DNA from: Pristiophorus japonicus
Lineage: Eukaryota
NCBI RefSeq assembly: GCF_044704955.1
Contig: NW_027254485.1
Location: 248,001-312,000 of the forward strand
Direction: 5' to 3'
Length of the DNA: 64,000 nucleotides
Below, piece by piece: positions 53,996 to 64,000 of the stretch (position 1 is the first letter of the stretch; each line of letters opens with the position of its first letter). Position numbers and translations under genes: made by a program. Below the pieces are notes generated by a model. The model was not told the origin of the DNA and did no database searches. It saw nothing but the letters and a program-made list of their open reading frames with translations.

Positions 53996-54925
53996 TGGCG
54001 GGACTTTTAGGGCCCAGCACGGAATTGCCCTCACTGCTTCTCGAAGGAAGCGTAGCGCTCCCCTCCCCCTTCCCCGGTTGAAAAGCCCCCGACCTCTCCC
54101 CCCCCCCGGAGGCGCTATCAGGACCAATCTCACCCTCTGATACCTTTCCAACACCCCAGGGATGTCCCAATGTGAGATTTGCTCCAGGTTTAGCTGCAGT
54201 GCCGCTTGATCGAGTATCAACCCCAGATATTACACATTGAAAAGGACTCTGGTTTAAACTGTTTAAACTCACTTCCGCCCTGACCTTCCGTCACGGAGCA
54301 TCAATCTTTTTCTTCCCTCGGGAGCAGCAAAGCAAATCAAACATCAATATCTCAGTCAGATCTCCAGGCCCAAGCTCCCGGTGTAACACTGTGGAGATCC
54401 CGCAGGCTGCCTGTGTATTCCCTCTGGGGGCAGGGCTCGATGATGTGCTCCAGGGTCTGATTAGGAGCTCCACAGTCACACGATGGGGAGGCTTTAATCT
54501 CCCACCCCTGGAGAAGGTGGCAGCATCGACCGTGACCGGTTCTGAGGCGGTCGATGGTTGCCCACTGTTTGTGAGGAAGGTTTGATCCTTCAGGTTGTAC
54601 TGTGGGCCCCTCGATAATCCATTCCGTATGTCACACTTCTTCCAAGCATTTCGCCGTCGGTCATCGAGACTGAGGGGAGATCGCTGAAAGGCTTCAGCGA
54701 TGGCCCAAAATGGCGGTCTAGATTGGAGACAGGTTGGGGATCCTTTCTCCATAACATGGACTTCCCCACGTTTCATGTCAGAGCCATTGGACTAGGCACA
54801 GAATGTGTTCTCCTTGGCACTGGTCTCTCAAAGGACCATCAATAGAAAAGTCTCTCGAGATTCTGAAGCCGGCTGGCACCAGGCATTGTCCATTCTTCTG
54901 AAAGTTTTCCCTTTCTCATTCCCAG

Positions 54926-55228
54926 AAATGTCTGTTTTTATCCGAAATCCTTCTATGGAAGAGGTTTTGATCAGTGGGACTGCTACCCTGGTGTGTGAAG
55001 TGTTCTGTGCCGATCCGAACCCGGTCGAAATCTCCTGGAAGGTGAGCGGGCTGGACAGAAGTGAAGGTGTTAATACTCAGCAACTGAGAGAGGAAGGGAC
55101 CCTGTACAGAGTCGTCAGTCAACTGCGAACCAGCGTGGAGGAGTGGAGCAGTGGGGTAGAGTACATGTGCTCTGCCCACCGGACTTCCTCGTCCTCGCCA
55201 GTGTCAGTACGGACAAGCCGTGCAAAAG
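54926..55228 (+). CDS. IgW: IgW constant exon CH3
   Basis: Acceptor ttcccag|AA and donor G|gtgggc; 303 nt. (E)MSVFIRNPSMEEVLISGTATLVCEVFCADPNPVEISWKVSG...VVSQLRTSVEEWSSGVEYMCSAHRTSSSSPVSVRTSRAK. Confidence 0.92.
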
Positions 55229-55306
55229 GTGGGCAAAGGATCAGAAATGTAACGCCTGGCTTTGGTAACCGCGAGGGAAAGAGTTTAACACTGTCTCTGT
55301 TTCCAG

Positions 55307-55624
55307 TTCACACAAAGGGTCCCAACGTCCGACTGCTGCCTCCACCGGCCCAAGGCACCCAGAGCAGAAACACGGCCACCCTCGAGTGCATGATCACCGG
55401 ATTCTACCCGAACATCATACACGTCTCCTGGGAGAAGGACCACTCTCCCATCTCCTCCAACACCAGCGCTGCTCGCACCATGCTGGAGCAGGCAGGGACT
55501 TTCAGTGCCAGCTACTTCCTGACTGTGAGCACAGAGGAGTGGAAGAAAGGTTCAGTCTTCACCTGCACAGTCTCTCATCCATCGTCCAACACCAACACCA
55601 GCCGGGACATCAAGGATGACCAAG
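55307..55624 (+). CDS. IgW: IgW constant exon CH4
   Basis: Acceptor tgtttccag|TT and donor G|gtaggg; 318 nt. (V)HTKGPNVRLLPPPAQGTQSRNTATLECMITGFYPNIIHVSWEKD...LTVSTEEWKKGSVFTCTVSHPSSNTNTSRDIKDDQ. Confidence 0.93.
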
Positions 55625-55744
55625 GTAGGGTCCCGGAGCCTGACTCCAATATTCACTTCCTTTGGCCCCACTGCTATCAACTCGACTAGAGCCAGACACA
55701 TTCAACACTGACCACATAGCTCATGTAGTGGACCAGTTAGAGTT

Positions 55745-56355
55745 TACTGACGTTGTAACTGGCACAGTAGATAAGGGGGAACCAGTGGATGTGGTCTATT
55801 TAGATTTTCAGAAGGCATTCGATAAGGTGCCACACAAGAGGCTATTAAACAAAATTAGGGCTCATGGGATTGGGGGTAATATACTAGCATGGATTGAGGA
55901 TTGGTTAATGGACAGAACACAGAGAGTAGGAATAAACGGGTCATTTTCGGGTTGGCAGGCTGTAACTAGTTGGGTGCCGCTGGGGTTAGTGCTGGGGCCC
56001 CAGATATTTACAATCTATATCAGTGATTTGGATGAGGGGACCAAATATAATATATCCAAGTTTGCTGATGATACAAAGCTAGGTCGGAATGTAAGTTGTG
56101 AGGAGGATGCAAAGAGGCTTCAAGGGGATACAGACAGGCTCAGTGAGTGGGCAAGAACATGGCAAATGGAATATAATGTGGCGAAATGTGAAGTTATCCA
56201 CTTTGGTAGGAAAAATAGGAAAGTGTTTCCCCCGGGCTGGGGAGTCTAGAACCAGGATAAGGGGTCGGCCATTTAGGACTGAGATGAGGAGAAACCTCTT
56301 CACTCAGAGGGTGGTGAATCTGGAATTCTCTGCCCCAGAGGGCTGTGGAGTATAT
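55745..56355 (+). mobile_element. CR1 RT fragment with internal deletion
   Basis: VDKGEPVDVVYLDFQKAFDKVPHKRLL...FADDTKLG...CEVIHFG, jumping to FRTEMRRNLFTQRVV. Confidence 0.9.
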
Positions 56356-56359
56356 TCAA

Positions 56360-57200
56360 CAACAACAACAAAGACTTGTATTTATATAGCAATGTAGCAC
56401 CTTTAAGGTAATAAAAGTCCCAAGGTGCTTCACAGGAGTATTATGGGATAGAAATGCACCGAGCCGCATAAGTAGAAATTAGTGCAGGTGACCGGAGGTA
56501 GGTTTTAAGGAGCGTCTTGAAGGGGGAAAGAGAGGCAGGGAGTTCCAGAGCTTAGGGCCCAGGCAACAGAAGGCACGGCCACCAATGGTTGAGTGATTAT
56601 AATCAGGGATGCTCAGGAAGGCAGATTTAGAGGAGCGCAGACATCTCGGGAGTTGTGGGGCTGGAGGAGATTACAGAGATAGGGAGGGACGAGGCCATGG
56701 AAGAATTTGAAAATAAGGATGAGCATTTTGAAATCGAGGTGTCGCCTAACCGGAAGCCAATGTAGGTCAGCGAGCACAGGGGGTGATGGGTGAGTGGGAC
56801 TGGGTGTGAGTTAGGACATGGGGCAGTGAGCACAGGGGGTGATGGGTGAGCGGGACTTGGTGCGAGTTAGGACATGGGGCAGTGAGCACAGGGGGTGATG
56901 GGTGAGCGGGACTTGGTGCGAGTTAGGACAGGGGGCAGTGAGCACAGGGGGTGATGGGTGAGCGGGACTTGGTGCGAGTTAGGACACAGGCAGCCCACTT
57001 TTGGATCACCTCCAGTTTACATTGAGTAGAATGTGGGAGGCCAGCCAAGAATGCGTTGGAATAGTCAAGTCTGGAGGTAACAAAGGCATGGATGAGGGTT
57101 TCAGCAGTGGAAGAGCTGAGGCAGGGGCGGAGACGGGCGATGTTACGGAGGTGGATATAGGCGGTTTTAGTCATGCTGTGGCTATGTGGTCGGAGTCAGA
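56360..57200 (-). mobile_element. L2-clade LINE 3' fragment containing a 56-bp tandem expansion (56770-56987)
   Basis: TAYIHLRNIARLRPCLSSSTAETLIHAFVTSRLDYSNAFLAGLP is the characteristic L2 post-RT region; (aac)n tail at ~56358-56370. Confidence 0.88.
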
Positions 57201-57404
57201 TATGACCCCAAGACAGAGATGGATCGATTTTTGGATATTGAGGGAATCGAGGGATTATGAGGACAGTGCAGCAAAGTGGAGTTGAGGTCGAAGATCTGCC
57301 GTGATCCCATTGAATGGCGGAGCAGGCTCGAGGGGCCGAATGGCCGACTCCTGCTCCTAATCCTTCTGGTCTTATTTAATCCAGAGGCCTGGACTAAAAA
57401 CAGA

Positions 57405-57810
57405 AAGGAACAATTGCAAATATGTTGTGTCTTTCACAACCTCAGGATGTTCCAAAACGCTTCACAGCAAACAAAGTCATGTTTTTATTCCAGTGTAGTC
57501 ACTGCTGTGATGGAGGGGACGAGTCAACCAATTTACACACAGCAAGCTCCCATAAACAGCCATGTGGTGATGGGCAGATAATCTGTTTTGGTGCTGTTGG
57601 TGGAGGTGTGATCTCTCTGGTCCACCCGCGAGTACAGACGGAGCCCTCGATTTAACGTCTGATCTGAAAGAGGGTACATCCAACGGTGCACCACTCCCTC
57701 AGTGCTGGCAACGGGGAGTGTTGGTGTGGATTATGTGCTCGAGTGTCCGAGGTGGGGCTTGAACACAAACTTTCTGACAAAGGGAGAGGATGCCGCCAAT
57801 GAGCCGAGAA
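57405..57810 (-). mobile_element. Degenerate Deu-type SINE
   Basis: Similar along its length to the copy at 57988-59250. Confidence 0.6.
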
Positions 57811-57987
57811 TGACGGCGGCAGTTAATAATCCAGGGAACTGAGGCCAACTCCCACCGCAGCACTTTGAGAATTTGAATTCAGTTTTAAAAAGTAAAAACA
57901 GGAAATAAAAAGCTGGTTGAGGGTAAAAGTGACGGAAGCTGTCGGAATGTTGGCGAAAACCCCAAATGCTTCGCTAATGTTCCACTG

Positions 57988-59250
57988 AAAGAAAGAAAGG
58001 CTTGCATTTATATAGCGCCTTTCACGACCACCTCAAAGCGCTTTACAGCCAATGAAGTAATTTTGGAGTGTAGTCACTGGTGTAATGTAAGAAACGCGGC
58101 AGCCAATTTGCACACAGCAAACTCCCACAAACAGCAATGTGATAATGACCAGATAATCTGTTTAGTGATGTTGATTGAGGGATAAATATTGGCCCCAGGA
58201 CACCAGGGAGAATTCCCCTGCTCTTCTTCTAAACAGTGCCTTGGGAACTTTTATATCCACCGGAGAAGGCAGACAGGGCCCTCGGTTTAACGTTTCATCT
58301 GAAAAACGGCACCTCTGACAGTGCGGCACTCCCTCAGTACTGCCCCTCTGACAGTGTGGCACTCCCTCAGTACTGCCCCTCTGACAGTGTGGCACTCCCT
58401 TAGTACTGCCCCTCCGACAGTGCGGCCCTCAGTACTGCCCCTCTGACAGTGCTGTGCTCCCTCAGTACTGCCCCTCCGACAGTGCGGCACTCCCTCAGTA
58501 CTGCCTCTCCGACAGTGCGGCGCTCCCTCAGTACTGCCCCTCTGACAGTGTGGCACTCCCTTAGTACTGCCCCTCTGACAGTCCAGTGCTCCCTCAGTAC
58601 TGTCCCTCCGACACTCCCTCAGTACTGCCCCTCCGGCAGTGCGGCGCTCCCTCAGTACTGCCCCTCTGACAGTGCGGCACTCCCTCAGTACTGCCCCTCC
58701 GACAGTGCGGCCCTCAGTACTGCCCCTCTGACAGTGCAGTGCTCCCTCAGTACTGCCCCTCTGACAGTGCGGCACTCCCTCAGTACTGCCCCTCCGACAG
58801 TGCGGCCCTCAGTACTGCCCCTCTGACAGTGCTGTGCTCCCTCAGTACTGCCCCTCCGACAGTGTGGCACTCCCTCAGTACTGCCCCTCTGACAGTGCGG
58901 CGCTCCCTCAGTGCTGCCCCTCTGACAGTGCGGAGCTCCCTCAGTACTGCCCCTCCGACAGTGCGGCACTCCCTCAGTACTGCCTCTCCGACAGTGCGGC
59001 GCTCCCTCAGTACTGCCCCTCCGACAGTGCGGCACTCCCTCAGTACTGCCCCTCCGACAGTGCGGCGCTCCCTCAGTACTGCCCCTCCGACAGTGCGGCA
59101 CTCCCTCAGTACTGCACTGGGAGTGTCGGCCTAGATTTCTGTGCTCAAGTTCCTGGAGTGGGACTTGAAGCCACCACCTTGTGACTCAGAGACTCTGAAC
59201 CTTGTGACTCTGAGGTGAGTGAGCTGCCCACTGAGCCACGGCTGACACTG
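57988..59250 (-). mobile_element. Deu-domain-type SINE with an internal 33-bp tandem expansion (58312-59112; ctgacagtgcggcactccctcagtactgcccct)
   Basis: Tail (gaaa)n-ggcttgcatttatatagcgcc; core cctcggtttaacgtttcatctgaaa..cggcacctc..cactccctcagtactgcactgggagtgtcggcctagat is continuous across the array. Confidence 0.75.
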
Positions 59251-59425
59251 GGGAAGGAGACCTGCTGACCTCGCCCTGTCCACGCCACACGTGACTCCCG
59301 TCCCACACCAATGTGGTTGACCCATCACCGTCCTGCGGAGAGGACTGAGAAATGCCGGCCTTTGCCAGCGATGCCCACATCCCGCCGGGGGAATGGTGAA
59401 ATAATAATTGTGACATTTCCCCCAG

Positions 59426-59746
59426 GTGAATGTTTGGACGCCGGTATCTCGGTCACTTTGAGCAAGCCGCCCTTCGAGGAGATCTGGAGGAACCGGACAG
59501 CCACCATTCTGTGCGAGGTGCTTCACGGTGATTTAGAGGGGGTCAGAGTAACCTGGCAGGTGAACGGGAGTGAGAGAGAAGACGGGGTGGAGACCCGGGG
59601 GCCCGAGAGGCACGGAGATAAAGACATGATCTCCAGCAGACTGACCGTCCCTGCCGCAGAGTGGGAGAGCGGGGTCGAGTATTGGTGTTTGGTGGAGGAC
59701 AAGAGCCTGCCAACGCCGGAGAAGAGGCTGATCAAGAAGGCGCAAG
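59426..59746 (+). CDS. IgW: IgW constant exon CH5
   Basis: Acceptor tttcccccag|GT and donor G|gtacgt; 321 nt. (G)ECLDAGISVTLSKPPFEEIWRNRTATILCEVLHGDLEGVRVTWQVNGS...SRLTVPAAEWESGVEYWCLVEDKSLPTPEKRLIKKAQ. Confidence 0.93.
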
Positions 59747-59966
59747 GTACGTGTGGAGAGAGCTCGGTGTGTGTGTCTGGGTCTGAGCCCATGAGGCCAT
59801 TTATTACCGTCTAGTGGTGAGCTGTCCAGTCCGCGGTGTCTGAGTGTGTTAAAGACAGAGAGAAGCTGGAACCCTGCCGAGAAACGGATCAGGAAAACAA
59901 TCCCAAATCACAACAACGGCCCGGCACCAAACCACACTGGCTCCCGCGGGATGGGTTAGTGGCAGT

Positions 59967-60740
59967 GGGATAGACCCCGAGGGATTGGGATAGACCCCGA
60001 GGGATTGGGATAGATCCCGAGGGAGTGGGATAGACCCCGAGGGATTGGGATAGATCCCGAGGGAGTGGGATAGACCCCGAGGGATTAGGATAAACCACGA
60101 GGGAGTGGGTGGGATAGACCCCGAGGGATTGGGATAGACCCCGAGGGATTAGGATAAACCACGAGGGAGTGGGATAGACCCCCAGGGATTGGGATAGACC
60201 CCGAGAGAGTGGGTGGGATAGACCCTGAGGGATTGTGATAGACCCCGAGGGATTGGGATAGACCCCGAGGGGGTGGATGGGATAGATCCCGAGGGAGTGA
60301 GTGGGATAGATCCCGAGGGAGTCGGATAGACCCCGAAGGAGTGGGATAGACCCCGAGGTATTGAGTGGGATAGACCCCGAGGTATTGAGTGGGATAGACC
60401 CCGAGGGATTGGGTGGGATAGACCCCGAGGGATTGGGATAGACCCCGAGGGAGTGGGATAGACCCCGAGGGATTGGGATAGACCCCGAGGTATTGAGTGG
60501 GATAGACCCCGAGGGATTGGGATAGACCCCGAGGGATTGGGATAGACCCCCATGGATTGGGATAAACCCCGAGGGATTGGGATAGACCCCGAGGGATTGG
60601 GATAAACCCCGAGGGATTGGGATAGACCCCGAGGGAGTGGGATAGACCCCGAGGGATTGGGATAGACCCCCAGGGATTGGGATAAACCCCGAGGGATTGG
60701 GATAGACCCCGAGGGATTGGGATAGACCCCGAGGGATTGG
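59967..60740. repeat. ~20-bp minisatellite (gggatagaccccgagggatt)
   Basis: Direct reading. Confidence 0.93.
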
Positions 60741-60829
60741 CAGATGTCACGGTATTAGGAGGAGCCCGAGGCAGAAGAGCCATTGGAAGGGTGAGGGAGA
60801 TTGTCTGTCTGAGGCCGAGGTTGAACATG

Positions 60830-61210
60830 TCGCCAATTCCCTTGTGAAAGTTACTGTTGATTCTGCCTCCACCACCCTCGTTCAGGCAATGCGTTCCAGA
60901 CCATCATAACTCGCTGAGTAAAACGCAAGTCTCCTCACCTCCCCTCTGGTTCCCTTGCCAGTTAAATGTGTGTCATGGAATCATAGAGCACTTCGCACAC
61001 AGGAGGCCATTCGGCCCATCGTGTCCGTGCCAGCTGACCAAGAGCTACCCAGCCTAATCCCACTGTCCAGCTCTCGGTCCGTAGCCCTGTGGGTTACGGC
61101 ACTTCAGGTGTACATCCAGGTACTGTTTAAATGTGGTGAGGGTTTCTGCCTCTACCACCCTTTCAGGCAGTGAGTTCCAGAACCCCACCACCCTCTGGGT
61201 GTAGAAATCT
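60830..61210 (-). mobile_element. CR1 3' remnants
   Basis: Reverse complement of the same 3' region as 40860-41070. Confidence 0.7.
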
Positions 61211-61334
61211 CCCAGTTTTCAAGCGAGGTCTAACCAAGGGTCGATACAGGTTGAGTGTAACTTCCCTACTTTACAATACTGTGCGCGAGGACGGGACAGG
61301 ACTCGGTCTAACCCAAGGTTGTCTCTGTTTGCAG

Positions 61335-61717
61335 TCGGTGCCAAGACCCGCCCTCGAGTCTACCTCCTCCCCCCTTCACCGCAAGAGATGGAGATGGATC
61401 GGACGGCGACCCTGGTGTGCCTGGTCACCAGGTTCTTCCCCGCGGAGATCTACGTGGCCTGGATGGCCAACGACACCCTTGTGAGGTCAGGGTTGGTGAC
61501 CCAGGCACTGAGCGAGGACGGCACCAACGGCTGGAACTCGGTGTCCAGTCAGCTGACGGTCCCCACAGAGCAGTGGGACAGGGGTACCACCTTCTCCTGT
61601 GTGGTGGGGCACGAGTCTCTAACCACCAGCCTGATCAGGAGCATCAATAAATCACAGGGTAAACCCACCCTGGTCAATGTCTCACTCGTTCTAACCGATA
61701 GCTTTCAATCCTGCTGA
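61335..61717 (+). CDS. IgW: IgW constant exon CH6 plus long-form secretory tailpiece
   Basis: Acceptor tgtttgcag|TC. (V)GAKTRPRVYLLPPSPQEMEMDRTATLVCLVTRFFPAEIYVAWMANDT...FSCVVGHESLTTSLIRSINKSQ, then the tailpiece GKPTLVNVSLVLTDSFQSC* (NVS glycosylation site and Cys, as in IgM-type tailpieces). Confidence 0.95.
61658..61664 (+). promoter_or_regulatory. Internal splice donor G|GTAAAC at the CH6/tailpiece boundary (candidate TM splice site)
   Basis: Same position and sequence (Gly-Lys-Pro codons) as the cryptic donor used for membrane forms in IgM-type terminal exons; phase 1. Confidence 0.7.
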
Positions 61718-62065
61718 TACCATCCAGTGATTTCATCAATCCTCGCCCCCCATATATATATCTGGTTATATAATCCCTGTAAATGGCTGGTTCACCCTAC
61801 CACAGGGTGGCTGTGCTCACTGTGAAATCTCCCATCTGCTAGTAGAATGCTTAAAACCCTGATCACAATCCGATCTCCTTCAGTCATTGAGAAAATAATG
61901 TGTGGTCAAGGATCAAATCGGGCAACAAACATCATCTCCAAATCTTTGAAAGTCTGGAGTTCCTTTTGAAATGTTGTTGTGCCGGGTTTGATCCAGTTTG
62001 AAATCTGTGAGACACCACCAAGTGTTAAATGGATGTCACAAAATGTCAATGTAACCATCCAATTC

Positions 62066-62071
62066 AATAAA
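62066..62071 (+). terminator. Poly(A) signal of the long secretory form
   Basis: First AATAAA I found after the stop at 61717 (~350 nt UTR), followed by GT-rich sequence. Confidence 0.7.
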
Positions 62072-62111
62072 ACAGATGTGACAAGGTTTCTGCTTCGGGT
62101 GTTCATTGTTG

Positions 62112-62297
62112 GTGTGTTTGGGTAAATGGGACAGGGGGTGGGGCATTATCGTGTGTTTGGGTAAATGGGACAGGGGGTGGGGCAGTATCGTGTGTTTGGG
62201 TAAATGGGACAGGGGGTGGGGCAATATCGTGTGTTTGGGTAAATGGGACAGGGGGTGGGGCAGTATCGTGTGTTTGGGTAAATGGGACAGGGGGGTG
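62112..62297. repeat. 39-bp tandem repeat (gtgtgtttgggtaaatgggacagggggtggggcagtatc), ~5 copies
   Basis: Direct reading. Confidence 0.9.
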
Positions 62298-64000
62298 AAC
62301 ATAAGAACATAAGAATTAGGAACAGGAGTAAGCCATCTAGCCCCTCGAGCCTGCTCCGCCATTCAACAAGATCATGCTGATCTGGCCATGGACTCAGCTC
62401 CACTTACCCGCCCACTCCCCGTAACCCTTAATTCCCTGATTGGTTAAAACTCTATCTATCTGTGACTTGAATACAGTCAATGAGCTAGCCTCAACTGCTT
62501 CCTTGGGCAGAGAATTCCACAGATTCACAACCCTCTGGGAGAAGAAATTCCTTCTCAACTCAGTTTTAAATTGTCTCCCCCGTATTTTGAGGCTGTGCCC
62601 CCTAGTTCTAGTCTCCCCGACCAGTGGAAACAACCTCTCTGCCTCTATCTTGTCTATCCCTTTCATTATTTTAAATGTTTCTATAAGATCACCCCTCATC
62701 CTTCTGAACTCCAACAAGTAAAGACCCAGTCCACTCAATCTATCATCATAAGGTAACCCCCTCATCTCCGGAATCAGCCTCGTGAATCGTCTCTGTACCC
62801 CCTCCAAAGCTAGTATATCCTTCCTTAAGTAAGGTGACCAAAACTGCACGCAGTACTCCAGGTGCGGCCTCACCAATACCCTGTACAGTTGCAGCAGGAC
62901 CTCCCTGCTTTTGTACTCCATCCCTCTCGCAATGAAGGCCAACATTCCATTCGCCTTCCTGATTACCTGCTGCACCTGCAAACTAACTTTTTGGGATTCA
63001 TGCACAAGGACCCCCAGGTCCCTCTGCACCGCAGCATGTTGTAATTTCTCCCCAGTCAAATAATATTCCCTTTTACTGTTTTATTTCCAAGGTGGATGAC
63101 CTCACATTTTCCGACATTGTATTCCATCTGCCAAACATTAGCACATTCGCTTAACCTATCTAAATCTCGTTGCAGCCTCTCTGTGTCCTCTACACAACCC
63201 GCTTTCCCACTAATCTTTGTGTCATCTGCAAATTTTGTTACACTACACTCTGTCCCCTCTTCCAGGTCATCTATGTATATTGTAAACAGTTGTGGTCCCA
63301 GCACCGATCCCTGTGGCACACCACTAACCACCGATTTCCAACCCGAAAAGGACCCATTTATCCCGACTCTCTGCTTTCTGTTAGCCAGCCAATTCTCTAT
63401 CCATGCTGATACATTTCCTCTGACTCCGCGTAACTTTATCTTCTGCAGTAACCTTTTGTGTGGCACCTTATCGAATGCCTTTTGGAAATCTAATTACACC
63501 ACATCCATTGGTACACTTCTATCCACCATGCTCGTTATATCCTCAAAGAATTCCAGTAAATTAGTTAAACATGATTTCCCCTTCATGAATCCATGTTGCA
63601 TCTGCTTGATTGCACTATTCCTATCTAGATTACACGCTATTTCTTCCTTAATGATAGCTTCAAGCATTTTCTCCTCTACAGATGTTAAACTAACCGGCCT
63701 ATAGTTACCTGCCTTTTGTCTGCCCCCTTTTTTAAATAGAGGCGTTACATTAGCTGCTTTCCAATCCGCTGGTACCTCCCCAGAGTCCAGAGAATTTTCG
63801 TAGATCATAACGAATGCATCTGCTATAACTTCCGCCATCTCTTTTAATACCCTGGGATGCATTTCATCAGGGCCAGGGGACTTGTCTAACTTGAGTCCCA
63901 TTAGCCTGTCCAGCACTACCCCCCTCATGATAGTGATTGTCTCAAGGTCCTCCTTTCCCACATTCCCGTGACCAGCAATTTTTGGCATGGCTTTTGTGTC
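62298..64000 (-). mobile_element. CR1 LINE (cataagaa subfamily), runs off the window
   Basis: Minus-strand ORFs 63494-63988, 63056-63466 and 62394-63059 encode RT, with frameshifts. Confidence 0.95.

Noticed and set aside
61646-61651. AATAAA inside CH6
   Set aside because: Lies in coding sequence 66 nt before the stop; its use would truncate the tailpiece. 62066 is the more plausible signal.

Overview
Eukaryotic, repeat-dense genomic DNA from a cartilaginous fish (shark-like). The + strand carries the constant-region half of an immunoglobulin IgW heavy-chain cluster: CH1 (11219-11539), CH2 (41412-41717), the Cys-rich secretory-tail exon of the short two-domain form (43142-43272, not in the ORF track), CH3 (54926-55228), CH4 (55307-55624), CH5 (59426-59746) and CH6 plus the long secretory tail (61335-61717). 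The CH6 exon has an internal donor for TM splicing. All exons are open, have canonical AG/GT boundaries in phase 1, and keep the Ig-domain Cys/Trp residues. I found no V/D/J or TM exons. The introns are filled with CR1 and L2 LINE fragments, Deu-type SINEs, a solo LTR and more than a dozen tandem arrays. The ~29.9 kb CH1-CH2 intron holds a ~22.3 kb array of a 24-bp unit that appears to have arisen inside the ORF2 of an old CR1, because the LINE reading resumes on the far side. A minisatellite block flanked by a 21-bp direct duplication (14085-14686) has a sister array 29 kb downstream, so the two bracket CH2 and the short tail. Nearly all long ORFs in the track are repeat artefacts. Family assignments come from recognition, not database searches.
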